From a virus, in IMG/VR virus record IMGVR_UViG_3300035180_002574, positions 96,001 to 160,000 of that record: a DNA stretch of 64,000 nucleotides. One strand, written 5' to 3'. The position numbers and the translations under genes were made by a program. Numbering within the stretch: the first letter of the stretch is position 1; each line of letters opens with the position of its first letter. The notes under the pieces are model-generated. The model made no database searches, was not told where the DNA came from, and saw only the letters and a program-made list of their open reading frames with translations. Positions 31,091 to 39,955 of the stretch are shown in pieces.

Positions 31091-31213
31091 ACTATTATTC
31101 TAGTTTATTAGCCTTTTTTAAGGAGATTTTTATTTCGTGTAATTTGAAAGAGTTTCTCGACAAACACATGGGGTATTATATAGGGAGAGTGTATATACTA
31201 TCCGGGTCTAGTG

Positions 31214-31732
31214 TCAGACTTTTGCCATTAGGACTTCTTTTTTCTCTTCAATTTCTTTCTTACTATCAACATTATGATGATCTAATAAGTTATCAACATA
31301 ATCTTCAGCTTCATCCTCTCCAAAATGATCAGAGATATATTCAATCTGATTTTGAAAGCCTTCTTGTTCTGCTGGATTGTCTAAATAACTTCCATCATCA
31401 GAACTTTGGGTAGGTCTATTTCCCGTTGTTTGTTGCAACCAATGAGTCATCTCATGAACACCATAAGAAAAGTCTTTGAAAAAATCACCATCTGTCAAAA
31501 GCTTATAATTATAAATGATAACGCCATGATCTGTTTTGGCGGACACATCAAGATCATCAAACATCATTGGAATATGATCAAGTTCAGCAATATCAACGCC
31601 ATACTCATCAAACATATTTTGCACAACCTTATCTTTTTTGAGATAGTTTCTCAACTTTGAAATAAGTCGGCGCTTAGTTCCATAAGATAGTTTTTTTACT
31701 TTAGATAGTGGTATTTTTTCTTCTTTTTTCAT
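31214..31732 (-). CDS. Putative zincin metalloprotease
   Basis: 172 aa with GVHEMTHWLQ (HEXXH) and downstream YLDNPAEQEGF (candidate third-ligand Glu). Confidence 0.6.
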   Translation of the reverse strand: MKKEEKIPLSKVKKLSYGTKRRLISKLRNYLKKDKVVQNMFDEYGVDIAELDHIPMMFDDLDVSAKTDHGVIIYNYKLLTDGDFFKDFSYGVHEMTHWLQQTTGNRPTQSSDDGSYLDNPAEQEGFQNQIEYISDHFGEDEAEDYVDNLLDHHNVDSKKEIEEKKEVLMAKV

Positions 31733-32127
31733 TTTGGATAATGTATCCAGCTTTTCATAAATGTATCATTATATTTTGTTAAATCTGGCTCTTTTATTTT
31801 TGCTTTTAAAGCATTTGTTAGAATGGCTGAACCTTCTGGGTCCGGAGTTGTAGAATTATTTATAAATACATTTCCATATGGAACTTTATTTTTAATTCCA
31901 GGAGATGCTGTAATTGTTTTAACATCTTCTATGGTTGTACCATTATAGATGTCTGTCATAATTTTGTTCTTATCAGCCGTTGAGAATAGCTTATTTAATA
32001 AATCTTCTAAATACAACATAGAAGTCTCCACTGGTGGTGTTTCCATTGGAGCAACCTGTGCGCGTTTATTTAATTTATACTCAAACTTATCTGCCAATTT
32101 TTCTAACTGATCTACCGCTTTGCTCAT
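31729..32127 (-). CDS. Hypothetical protein with N-terminal K-x-A-Q motif
   Basis: 132 aa, MSKAVDQLEKLADKFEYKLNKRAQ; AAGGAG SD. Confidence 0.5.
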   Translation of the reverse strand: MSKAVDQLEKLADKFEYKLNKRAQVAPMETPPVETSMLYLEDLLNKLFSTADKNKIMTDIYNGTTIEDVKTITASPGIKNKVPYGNVFINNSTTPDPEGSAILTNALKAKIKEPDLTKYNDTFMKSWIHYPK

Positions 32128-32177
32128 GAAATAATCTCCTTAAAAATCTTACAAGTAATACGAAGAAAATGATATGG

Positions 32178-32294
32178 TTAATTATTTTTAATAAACTTTT
32201 TTGCTTTCATTGCTAAATCATATTTGCGTTTAAGATAAATTGTAGCATCCTTGTAGAGATAATATGCATAGGTCACGACAACTGCGTCAACTAT
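32178..32294 (-). pseudogene. Remnant C-terminus of a LAGLIDADG-type homing endonuclease
   Basis: Start-less frame translates IVDAVVVTYAYYLYKDATIYLKRKYDLAMKAKKFIKNN*. LY-x-DA-x-IYL-x-RKY is a common C-terminal motif of phage/bacterial LAGLIDADG enzymes. Confidence 0.5.
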
Positions 32295-32322
32295 TTAATT
32301 TTCATTCAAAATAACTATAAAA

Positions 32323-33222
32323 TCAGTATATTCTACGCGCGCGCAAGTGCCTCATACGACTAAATGCCGGATTAATAGCACTATTCATTGAGAAAACTCC
32401 CAAGCCCTTTGGAGCTGGTCGCAAACTGTTCTTTATATATTTCAATTTATCCCAATAATGAGTTAACAATGTACTATATTGTGTGTTTAATAGTTCGCTA
32501 ACTGTTGGTGGAGTAAAATTGATGCTATTATCAGTAATTTGAAATTCGCGACCTCTTTCAATCAGTGCCTTGGATGCTAGGGCATAAAGAGTAGCTCCTT
32601 CAACGAGTATTTCTCCAAATTGTTCTACGAAAGCATCATCGTCATACTGGAAGAAAGTAAAATATGGGACCTGATTAAAATCCCAAAGGGCAGTTGCTAA
32701 AAATGTATATAGCATATCAATAGCAAAAATATCGCAATCTACATAAATAACATTTCCATATGAATCTGTAGATTTAGCTTTTCCAGAACTATTAAGTCTG
32801 GCTTTTAAAGACTTAATCAGTTTATTCATATTTTTTAAAGCCGCCTGGGAATAATTGAATCCAGGATCATCACCCATATGAACATAACCGTCAGTATTTA
32901 ATGCCGGCGTTTGTGTATGAGAAACAATGAATTCAAATGGTGATTCAACCCTAAATCCATTAATATACGCAGTCCAAATATCATTAAATACTCCATAAGG
33001 ACCATTAATTGGCACTGTAAAAATATAAGAGTATTTTCCTATTCCAATTCTAGTAACTCCAGCTGAGGTAGCTGCTAATAGAATAAGACCGCTGGGTTGA
33101 ATAATAGAAATCTTAGGGAAGGAATCCGCGTCCACTGGATTTCCCGCTGTGTCCTTAAATTGAACCACTAAGTTAACTTGATCTGTAACGTCGATCAATT
33201 CTCCGCGAGCTTTGATTGTCAT
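32323..33222 (-). CDS. Head-tail adaptor / neck protein with N-terminal Ig-like domain
   Basis: 299 aa. N-terminal beta-sandwich (LVVQFKD..GNPVDAD..PKISII.P...GIGKYSYIFTVP), C-terminal helical adaptor-like domain (LVEGATLYAL...QITDNSINFTPP). Confidence 0.6.
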   Translation of the reverse strand: MTIKARGELIDVTDQVNLVVQFKDTAGNPVDADSFPKISIIQPSGLILLAATSAGVTRIGIGKYSYIFTVPINGPYGVFNDIWTAYINGFRVESPFEFIVSHTQTPALNTDGYVHMGDDPGFNYSQAALKNMNKLIKSLKARLNSSGKAKSTDSYGNVIYVDCDIFAIDMLYTFLATALWDFNQVPYFTFFQYDDDAFVEQFGEILVEGATLYALASKALIERGREFQITDNSINFTPPTVSELLNTQYSTLLTHYWDKLKYIKNSLRPAPKGLGVFSMNSAINPAFSRMRHLRARRIY

Positions 33223-33224
33223 AT

Positions 33225-33563
33225 TTATCCTATCGGTGTGACGCTAAAATTACCATATGGAGCAGTGACTTCTATTTGATAGGCTTGTATCACATTAACA
33301 CTATTTACTGGGTTAACATAAGAAACATCTACTAGGTAACTTCCAACTGATGAAGCACCAGAAGGTAAAGTAAATTGAAAATAATATAAACCAATATCTA
33401 ATCTGGTCATATTTTGAGGATATCCACTCGCTAAAGTCATAGCAGGGAATATAATTCTAGAGACAACTGGAAGTGAAAGTGTGTCTGTACGAACACCATA
33501 ACCATCTACAGTTTCTAGATAGATTGTAACTTTTTGTCCTGGGAAATATGATAAAACCTGCAC
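33225..33563 (-). CDS. Small Ig-like virion protein
   Basis: 112 aa, VTIYLETVDGYG...LDIGLYYFQFTLP...GSYLVDVSY; resembles the N-terminal domain of the next gene. Confidence 0.5.
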   Translation of the reverse strand: MQVLSYFPGQKVTIYLETVDGYGVRTDTLSLPVVSRIIFPAMTLASGYPQNMTRLDIGLYYFQFTLPSGASSVGSYLVDVSYVNPVNSVNVIQAYQIEVTAPYGNFSVTPIG

Positions 33564-33625
33564 AGAAACACCTCTCTAGTTAATGTCCAAATATTAACCA
33601 ATATTTTCCTATATTAGTAACGACT

Positions 33626-34096
33626 ATGAGCAATGATTCATTTTGGATAACCAATTTAACAAATAGAAATGTTAGTTTAGCAGATCTAAACTTGACAATA
33701 AAGGCATTTTCAACTGTAAATTTGCTAGATTCTAAGCATTACAGTTACACGAGAGAGCAATTAGAGAAATCCAAAGAGAGCGGATCTCTTTTCATTAAAA
33801 GAAAAATGTTTGGATTTAGAACTGTTGCCCCGAAAATTATTAAAGAAGATATGCCAATAATTAGAACATTATATGATGGAGATAATAAAGTTTGGTCTCA
33901 AGATGGCGCCTATCTTCCAAGTAGAGAAAAATCCGTATATAGAATTGCGGAAACTACTTACGAAGAATTAAGTTTTGCACCAGATCCTTCGCTGGATAAT
34001 AAAACCGCGCAACAATTAGCGGATGAAAGATTCGCAGAAGAAAATGCGGAACTTGCAGAATTAGATGAACAAAAAAGCATAAAACACAAAGGATAA
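33626..34096 (+). CDS. Hypothetical protein (N-terminal domain resembles that of 49450..50181)
   Basis: 156 aa; first gene of a divergent plus-strand island. Confidence 0.5.
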   Translation: MSNDSFWITNLTNRNVSLADLNLTIKAFSTVNLLDSKHYSYTREQLEKSKESGSLFIKRKMFGFRTVAPKIIKEDMPIIRTLYDGDNKVWSQDGAYLPSREKSVYRIAETTYEELSFAPDPSLDNKTAQQLADERFAEENAELAELDEQKSIKHKG

Positions 34097-34097
34097 A

Positions 34098-34268
34098 ATG
34101 AATCTGCGTACGCCTGTTAAAGCAAAAAATGTTGATGCTTCTCTAAGTGAGTCTTCTTCAGAAGAGCCCGTATCTATTCAAGACGAATATTCTCGTCTTA
34201 ATGAAAAGTGTGATGTTGTAATTAAAAAAATTAAGTCAAGAAAATCCAAAAAACAAAATAACAAATAA
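34098..34268 (+). CDS. Small hypothetical protein (56 aa, below ORF-track cutoff)
   Basis: ATG 34098 with AAGGA SD, one base after the previous stop; MNLRTPVKAKNVDASLSESSSEEPVSIQDEYSRLNEKCDVVIKKIKSRKSKKQNNK*. Confidence 0.55.
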   Translation: MNLRTPVKAKNVDASLSESSSEEPVSIQDEYSRLNEKCDVVIKKIKSRKSKKQNNK

Positions 34269-34284
34269 CTCTACTTGAGCGATA

Positions 34285-34572
34285 ATGTCTGAAAATGATA
34301 ACGATCAATTAAACAAAAAAGATCTTGAGCTTATTCTTGAAGTAAACAAGAAAGCCATCGAGGTGGAGACAGGCGTTGCCGAACAAAACGAAGAAATACT
34401 TGATTTATTAAATAAATCTAAAGATTCTCATGATAAAATACATGAGAAACTAGATAAAATAGTTAAACAAAATGATGAAATCAATAAAGATATCTTCAAA
34501 ATGCAAGTATTATTTGTTACAGGTTTAATTAGTTTGGTTATACAAGTAATTCAAATTTTCTTACGAAAATAA
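34285..34572 (+). CDS. Coiled-coil protein with C-terminal transmembrane helix (XhlA/holin-accessory-like)
   Basis: 95 aa; heptad-rich acidic body then MQVLFVTGLISLVIQVIQIFLRK. Confidence 0.45.
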   Translation: MSENDNDQLNKKDLELILEVNKKAIEVETGVAEQNEEILDLLNKSKDSHDKIHEKLDKIVKQNDEINKDIFKMQVLFVTGLISLVIQVIQIFLRK

Positions 34573-34611
34573 TATTAATAACAAACCAATTTCATTAGAA
34601 ATTAAATAATC

Positions 34612-34845
34612 TTAATGTTTTAAAACTGTTACTTCGGTTCCTTTGGGGTCTCCGTGTTTATTTACGCCGAGACCAAAAGACACCTTTTGTCCTTTATAAA
34701 GAGTTTTAAACCCTTCACATGATACATCTGAAAAATGTACGAATAGATCCTTTTGTTTGACGCCATCTTTTTCCCAGCCAATGAATCCATAGCCTCGTTT
34801 AGAGTCAAACCACAATACTTCCCCAACAAATTTTCCATCGCTCAT
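34612..34845 (-). CDS. Cold-shock domain protein
   Basis: 77 aa; GEVLWFDSKRGYGFI (RNP1), DLFVHFSD (RNP2), GFKTLYKGQKVSF. Confidence 0.93.
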   Translation of the reverse strand: MSDGKFVGEVLWFDSKRGYGFIGWEKDGVKQKDLFVHFSDVSCEGFKTLYKGQKVSFGLGVNKHGDPKGTEVTVLKH

Positions 34846-34854
34846 TTTAATCCC

Positions 34855-35133
34855 TTAATCATCTTTACAAACAAGTTGACCATCTACTACTAATTCACCG
34901 CCGCCACCGAGCAACCTGTAAATCTCAACGGCTCCCAATTTGCCAATATCATTTCTTTCTTTTTCATTTGTGCAATTTCGTAATAGTTTATCGTATTTTG
35001 CAAAAATGAGCAACATTTCTTTTTCACAACCAATTAACCTGGCATGAGTTAATAATCTTTTCCTAGTTTCTTGTTCTGATAGGACTTTATCATTAAATCC
35101 AATAGTGCCAGTTGTATCCGTCTTAAAACTCAT
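34855..35133 (-). CDS. Hypothetical protein
   Basis: 92-aa ORF coupled (ATGA overlap) to the HNH gene and spaced normally before the CSP gene. Confidence 0.5.
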   Translation of the reverse strand: MSFKTDTTGTIGFNDKVLSEQETRKRLLTHARLIGCEKEMLLIFAKYDKLLRNCTNEKERNDIGKLGAVEIYRLLGGGGELVVDGQLVCKDD

Positions 35134-35450
35134 GTATTACTTCCATAAATCTTGAATGATTTTGCCTGAATTTGAACGTAAGGCTCATCAATATCAATAT
35201 TCTTTTTCCCATCTAATTCATATACCAAGGTTCTATAATTTGGCAGCTTGGTTGAAGGATAAACTCCTATGATCCTAAGTAGATTTTTGTGTACAAAATT
35301 ATGATGATTAGGGCACAAAATACATAAATTTAGATTATCATTAGATGTGTTTGGATCTGTTCTTGGAATAATGTGATGAAGGTGTAAGCATTCGGTTATA
35401 ACGCAATCATCAATTTCACATTTATTAAGAATCAACTTTATTCTTTTCAA
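35130..35450 (-). CDS. HNH endonuclease (McrA-like, Cys-flanked)
   Basis: 106 aa; C...C...LHLHHIIPR...SNDNLNLCILCPNHHNFVH. Confidence 0.85.
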   Translation of the reverse strand: MKRIKLILNKCEIDDCVITECLHLHHIIPRTDPNTSNDNLNLCILCPNHHNFVHKNLLRIIGVYPSTKLPNYRTLVYELDGKKNIDIDEPYVQIQAKSFKIYGSNT

Positions 35451-35961
35451 TTAGGTCCTTATATAGATCTATAATTTTTTCTGCCCATTTTATCTTATCT
35501 TGAACTCTCTGTCCAGATGGCTGATTTACCGACCACAACTCTAAGTTATCAATATTATTGTTTAATCTGTTGCCATCTTTATGATGAACATTTTCATTAT
35601 CCAATAAGTCCCTACCTATATGCCTTGACATTACCAGTCTGTGCTCAGGTATGTATCCGATTCCATTGGAATTGTTATGTTCTGGAGCGTATACTAATTT
35701 ATAACCACCCTTAGTTATTTGTGGTTTTCTTTCTTTGATTGGTAGGCTAGACGCTCCATATTTTTTAAACCTTAAATAATGTTTGGCGCAAAATCCTCTT
35801 GCCTCATGAGTTTTATTGCAACCTTCAACACTACATAGACCAGTTTCACTTCTGCCAATTAATAGTTTATATGGATCGTTATATTTTAATTTCCTACGAT
35901 AATGCTTATTGCATAGATCTAATCTATATCTAATATTAGAACAATTATCAATAATGCACAT
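35425..35961 (-). CDS. HNH homing endonuclease with two N-terminal Cys/His zinc modules
   Basis: 178 aa; CxxxxC...CxxHY twice, then YIPEHRLVM...ENVHHKDGNRLNNNIDNLELW. Confidence 0.85.
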   Translation of the reverse strand: MCIIDNCSNIRYRLDLCNKHYRRKLKYNDPYKLLIGRSETGLCSVEGCNKTHEARGFCAKHYLRFKKYGASSLPIKERKPQITKGGYKLVYAPEHNNSNGIGYIPEHRLVMSRHIGRDLLDNENVHHKDGNRLNNNIDNLELWSVNQPSGQRVQDKIKWAEKIIDLYKDLIEKNKVDS

Positions 35962-36297
35962 TGTATTTTTTATTGCTAGTGATAAATTTTCTAGCCTATT
36001 ATCAGCTGTATCGCCATTTATATGAGTTACTATTTAATTATCATAAATTTGTCGTTTAATACTTTCAGACATCACGAATATATGCTCTAAAACTTTTCCA
36101 TTTTTCATAGCATTTGGATGTTCTGGCTTGTAAACATATATAAAGTTACTTGCAGATATAGTGCCAGATCCATTCTTTCTTCTTTTAACACAATTTACAT
36201 TGCCATGTTTACGAAGTCTTGTATAATGTGCGGCACACAACCCTTTAGCCATTACAAACTTGATACAATCATCGATTTTACATTTTACTTTTACCAC
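35962..36297 (-). pseudogene. Degenerate upstream HNH copy, in frame with 35425..35961 but cut by one TAA
   Basis: The frame reads ...SIKRQIYDN*IVTHINGDTADNRLENLSLAIKNT-MCIIDNC. The single TAA (36034-36036) sits where Glu of the E-x-V-H-H-x-N-G motif is expected. Confidence 0.75.
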
Positions 36298-36311
36298 ATA
36301 TTAATATGATA

Positions 36312-36416
36312 TTATTGATAGTTTGCACAAAATTTAGCTAAATGTAGTAGGTTGACATCCGTTACATTGCATGTTTCGATTTCACATTTGTTTTTAAGTA
36401 GTTTTTGACGCCTCAT
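36312..36416 (-). pseudogene. Truncated paralog of the 35130..35450 HNH gene N-terminus
   Basis: MRRQKLLKNKCEIETCNVTDVNLLHLAKFCANYQ* versus MKRIKLILNKCEIDDCVITECLHLHH. Confidence 0.6.
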
Positions 36417-36450
36417 AACAAAAATATATCAGCTACATACGGCATGTAAA

Positions 36451-36813
36451 TTATCTAATACCCCAAGCTTCAATTCTTAAATTGACAGGTCCGCTAGATC
36501 CGGCTTTTAATCTAAACCAAATTAAACTAGCAACTCTATTATTGAATACAAGACTTGCGGATAATGTTCCAGGAATTAAATCTCCATGAACGTGTTGTCC
36601 ATCAAAAGAATATTCAATAGTATTTGTTGCACCACTTCCTTCATTTATAAAAGAAAATGCTTGTGTAGAAAATGGAATAATAATATCTGGACCATAACCA
36701 TCAGTAGGAGTATACCCGTCAAGCGCGCCAAATTGAGACCAATTTACCGCTAATTTGGTAAAAAAATTGAAATCATTTGGACGATTTTTTTGTTTTACGC
36801 CAGGATGTGCCAT
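36451..36813 (-). CDS. Small beta-sandwich virion protein
   Basis: From ATG 36813 (GGAG SD); tandem LDGYTPTDGYG; FSFINEG...IEYSFDG...LVFNNRVASLIWFRL. Confidence 0.55.
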   Translation of the reverse strand: MAHPGVKQKNRPNDFNFFTKLAVNWSQFGALDGYTPTDGYGPDIIIPFSTQAFSFINEGSGATNTIEYSFDGQHVHGDLIPGTLSASLVFNNRVASLIWFRLKAGSSGPVNLRIEAWGIR

Positions 36814-36854
36814 ATTTGCTCCAAAATAAATATATTCAAATATATGTACCAATA

Positions 36855-37715
36855 TTACTTATATTGAGCACATGCAGCATCATAGCCTAATGATATCATG
36901 CGCAGAATATTTGCGTTGTCAAAATTTAAAGAATCACTAACTAAATCTTCTGTAGGTCTTATTACTTTTATATTAACAGCCCTTTTATCGGGACATGCTC
37001 CAAGTAAAACCAGTTTATTATACATGTCAGCTATTTTTAAATCGTCAGTATTTATTTGATCTGTCATTAGATCAACGGTTCTTAACCCTAATGTTATTGT
37101 TTTGGAGGAGTCATCATATTTTGAGGTAGTTGATTCTGGACTGCACATAATTACATCAATATCGGTGGCTCCAAAATCAATTGCTGATTTCAATGGCGTA
37201 ATGTGCTTGACTCCGCCATCTGTCCACAATTGATTATCAATCTTAATAGGTTTCAACCCACCCGGAAATGCGGATGATGCTAATACACCATCAACAAAAG
37301 AATCGTCATCTGGAGTAAATACTCTATATTCGCCCGTATCTAATGAGACGGCTCCCACAGAGATTTTTCTACCAGAAGATCTAATCTTGTCCAACTCTAT
37401 TTGTTTATGTATTAAATCAATAAGTGGTTGACTGTTATATAGGCTTTTTTCCCACAAAGCATGTAACCTGCCAAATGGAAACCAACGCTTCCACACCTTA
37501 TCATTATTTACAGTAATCCAAAATTCTTGTAATTTCTGAACTGCGATTTTTTCTTCAGACTTTGAATACATTGATAAGAATGAAGTATTTAATGCTCCTA
37601 CAGAAACGCCACAAATAATATCATATGATAAACCGCGGTCATTAACCAAATGATTTAAGGCTCCAACCTGAAAGGCTCCTTTACATCCACCGCCTGATAA
37701 AACTAATGCTCTCAT
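36855..37715 (-). CDS. Patatin-like phospholipase
   Basis: From ATG 37715 (GGAG SD); LVLSGGGCKG (oxyanion), GVSVG (nucleophile Ser) and WTDGG (catalytic Asp) all intact. Confidence 0.93.
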   Translation of the reverse strand: MRALVLSGGGCKGAFQVGALNHLVNDRGLSYDIICGVSVGALNTSFLSMYSKSEEKIAVQKLQEFWITVNNDKVWKRWFPFGRLHALWEKSLYNSQPLIDLIHKQIELDKIRSSGRKISVGAVSLDTGEYRVFTPDDDSFVDGVLASSAFPGGLKPIKIDNQLWTDGGVKHITPLKSAIDFGATDIDVIMCSPESTTSKYDDSSKTITLGLRTVDLMTDQINTDDLKIADMYNKLVLLGACPDKRAVNIKVIRPTEDLVSDSLNFDNANILRMISLGYDAACAQYK

Positions 37716-37732
37716 ATGTTTCTCCAATGATT

Positions 37733-39265
37733 TTATACTGGATTATTAGCATTATGAGATGTACAATAAAATGTTAGCGTAACACTTTCTCCACCGATAG
37801 CTCTATCATGAGATGTAGTTACTCTAAGCTCTAATCCATATGCTGATTGTAATGTTCTTAAAGTAGCGTATCTAAATGGTACTGATTGAGTAGGTCCCAT
37901 CATTCCCCTAGATTGTCTTCTAAATTCTTTTATTGGTAAATTTCGCTCAACATCAGAAGATCCGACAACTGGAAGATTTGGATAAGCGCCAATAGCTTCC
38001 TGTATAATATTTGTAAGTCTTTTATATCTGGTTCTTGATAATGGGATTTTTGTCAAGGAAGGATATATTCCAGTATATCCGTCACAATAAGCAATTGTGG
38101 CAGTACTAGATGTTCCAGAATATGGTGCGGCTAAAGTAAGCGAAGTATTAGATTGTACGGAAGCCACAATCATATATGATTCTGGTCCATCAGTTTCTAA
38201 TCTAATATATTTTCCAGGAGTAACTTCGGTTGAAAATAATGTTCCAGTTCCAGTAACTGTTTGCGCTCCATTTACAAATGTTGCTGTTCCAGTTAATCTT
38301 TTATACATATATTGTGGCGCAAAAACATCTACATAACCGTAAACATTATATTCAATTCCATCAGTCATTACAATATCATGTGTAAAATCTGATTCAGCGG
38401 CTTCTATATGCAAATCTTTGCCGGGTAAAGGTCTAAGATAAAATGTAGATGTTGTGGCATGACTATAAGAGCAGCTGACGGTATCGGTTGGAGATAATGG
38501 TGTAAAAAATTTGACATAACCATCCTCCCAATATACTTCATAATCGCCGCCTGAAAGCTCAAATGGCTCTCTCATGGTTTTTGTAACACCATTTACTGCC
38601 ACCACCACTTGATAACCATGCGGATCAGATGGGTTTAACATTCTTTGTTCTTCAACCAATCCATCATCATCTTGAAGTCTACCAGAAATCATATCAATCC
38701 AGTTATTATAAGTTCCTGAATATTTTATATGATCACCTGCATCAACCAAATTCTCACTTACCCTTACACTATCTCCAAACCAAGTACACGGATCACATAA
38801 ATTATGTGTGGAATAAATAACCTCATCACCAATTCTGGGAGCCTCTGCAAAAACTGGGATATTATTTTGTTGAGTATATTGTAGTTGAACTGTTTGAGTT
38901 TGAGGATTAAGTGGAGCAGACACTGTCGACCAAGAAGTACCATCAAATGCTTGACCAACAAAACCATCAACTGAAGCCGCAATATTATTTAATTCCGCCT
39001 GCTTGATATCGTATAAGGATTGTAGGTCTGCTTGAACTTCAAGTAAAGTAGTTCCATAAGAAAATTGACCACTAACAAATGGTACTTCAACAAGACTCCC
39101 GCTCTGCAATAATGCCAATTGATCTTGTGTTACATTTGGAATTTGACTTTTAACATCTGGAAATGGAACTAGATTTGTAGTTTTTTCTAACCAAAACACT
39201 CCAGAAACATTAAAACTTCCATCTATATGGGTATTTGTATTTAGTATAATTATTTTTAATGACAT
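37733..39265 (-). CDS. Multi-domain virion fibre/appendage protein
   Basis: 510 aa; GDYEVYWEDGYVKF module, and a TGTATF...TVTGTGT.F...VASVQSNTSLTL module shared with 40786..43965. Confidence 0.55.
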   Translation of the reverse strand: MSLKIIILNTNTHIDGSFNVSGVFWLEKTTNLVPFPDVKSQIPNVTQDQLALLQSGSLVEVPFVSGQFSYGTTLLEVQADLQSLYDIKQAELNNIAASVDGFVGQAFDGTSWSTVSAPLNPQTQTVQLQYTQQNNIPVFAEAPRIGDEVIYSTHNLCDPCTWFGDSVRVSENLVDAGDHIKYSGTYNNWIDMISGRLQDDDGLVEEQRMLNPSDPHGYQVVVAVNGVTKTMREPFELSGGDYEVYWEDGYVKFFTPLSPTDTVSCSYSHATTSTFYLRPLPGKDLHIEAAESDFTHDIVMTDGIEYNVYGYVDVFAPQYMYKRLTGTATFVNGAQTVTGTGTLFSTEVTPGKYIRLETDGPESYMIVASVQSNTSLTLAAPYSGTSSTATIAYCDGYTGIYPSLTKIPLSRTRYKRLTNIIQEAIGAYPNLPVVGSSDVERNLPIKEFRRQSRGMMGPTQSVPFRYATLRTLQSAYGLELRVTTSHDRAIGGESVTLTFYCTSHNANNPV

Positions 39266-39274
39266 AATAATTCC

Positions 39275-39952
39275 TTATAGAATAAAGTTTTTACCGTGTG
39301 CCTGATATGTTGTTTGAAACAATGGTCCTGCCTGCAATGCCGTGCCGGCACCAACCGTAGTTAACGTTATGTTTTGACCACTTTTATCTTGAGTTAGATT
39401 ATCATCTAATAAATACCAGGCAGCTATATCTCTTGCTACGGGTCTTGAGGACTGCATTTCTCTTTTAATTTCGAATGGGTTCATGCAGTGTCTAAAAATT
39501 CGTACATCTCTTACGTTTCCAAATAAAGGATACGTATAATTACCACCACCGCCATAATTTCCCACAATTATATTTGTGGCGTCAACAAATGTCGTTGTAT
39601 CAGAAGCATGAACTTGCTGAACGCCATTTAGATATCCACTAATAATTCTGCTAGTAGAGCTGATGTTTATAAATGTAGTTGCAACATGATACCAAGTTCC
39701 AGCGGTTAACAGAGATCCTAAATAATTATTGCTTGAAGTTCCAAAATCTAAAGTTAATCCATCATTATTAGTTGATAAAAACATACTGCTTCCAGTTGTA
39801 GTATTAACTAAATTAACAAATCCACGATGAGCAGCAGGACCACCCGCTGATAAATTAATCCACTGCATTATCGTAATATCTTTAGTTGTGACAGGATATG
39901 CAAATATTCCAGTCAAATATACACCAGATGTATTAGGAATAAATAATGACAT
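39275..39952 (-). CDS. LamG / concanavalin A-like lectin domain protein
   Basis: 225 aa; ITIMQWINL...GTWYHVATT...GYLNGVQ...IIVGN...FGNVRDVRIF...EIKREM. Confidence 0.85.
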   Translation of the reverse strand: MSLFIPNTSGVYLTGIFAYPVTTKDITIMQWINLSAGGPAAHRGFVNLVNTTTGSSMFLSTNNDGLTLDFGTSSNNYLGSLLTAGTWYHVATTFINISSTSRIISGYLNGVQQVHASDTTTFVDATNIIVGNYGGGGNYTYPLFGNVRDVRIFRHCMNPFEIKREMQSSRPVARDIAAWYLLDDNLTQDKSGQNITLTTVGAGTALQAGPLFQTTYQAHGKNFIL

Positions 39953-39955
39953 AAT

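Noticed and set aside
31120-31211. Plus-strand fragment ...KEFLDKHMGYYIGRV resembling an endonuclease C-terminal motif
   Set aside because: Too short and weak, with no usable start after the AAGGAG; likely chance.
36034-36036. In-frame TAA inside an HNH frame (and TGA/TAG in the collagen gene) as a sign of stop-codon reassignment
   Set aside because: TAA, TAG and TGA terminate many clearly complete genes, and very long ORFs (up to 2032 aa) are uninterrupted in code 11. The stops occur only in decaying genes.
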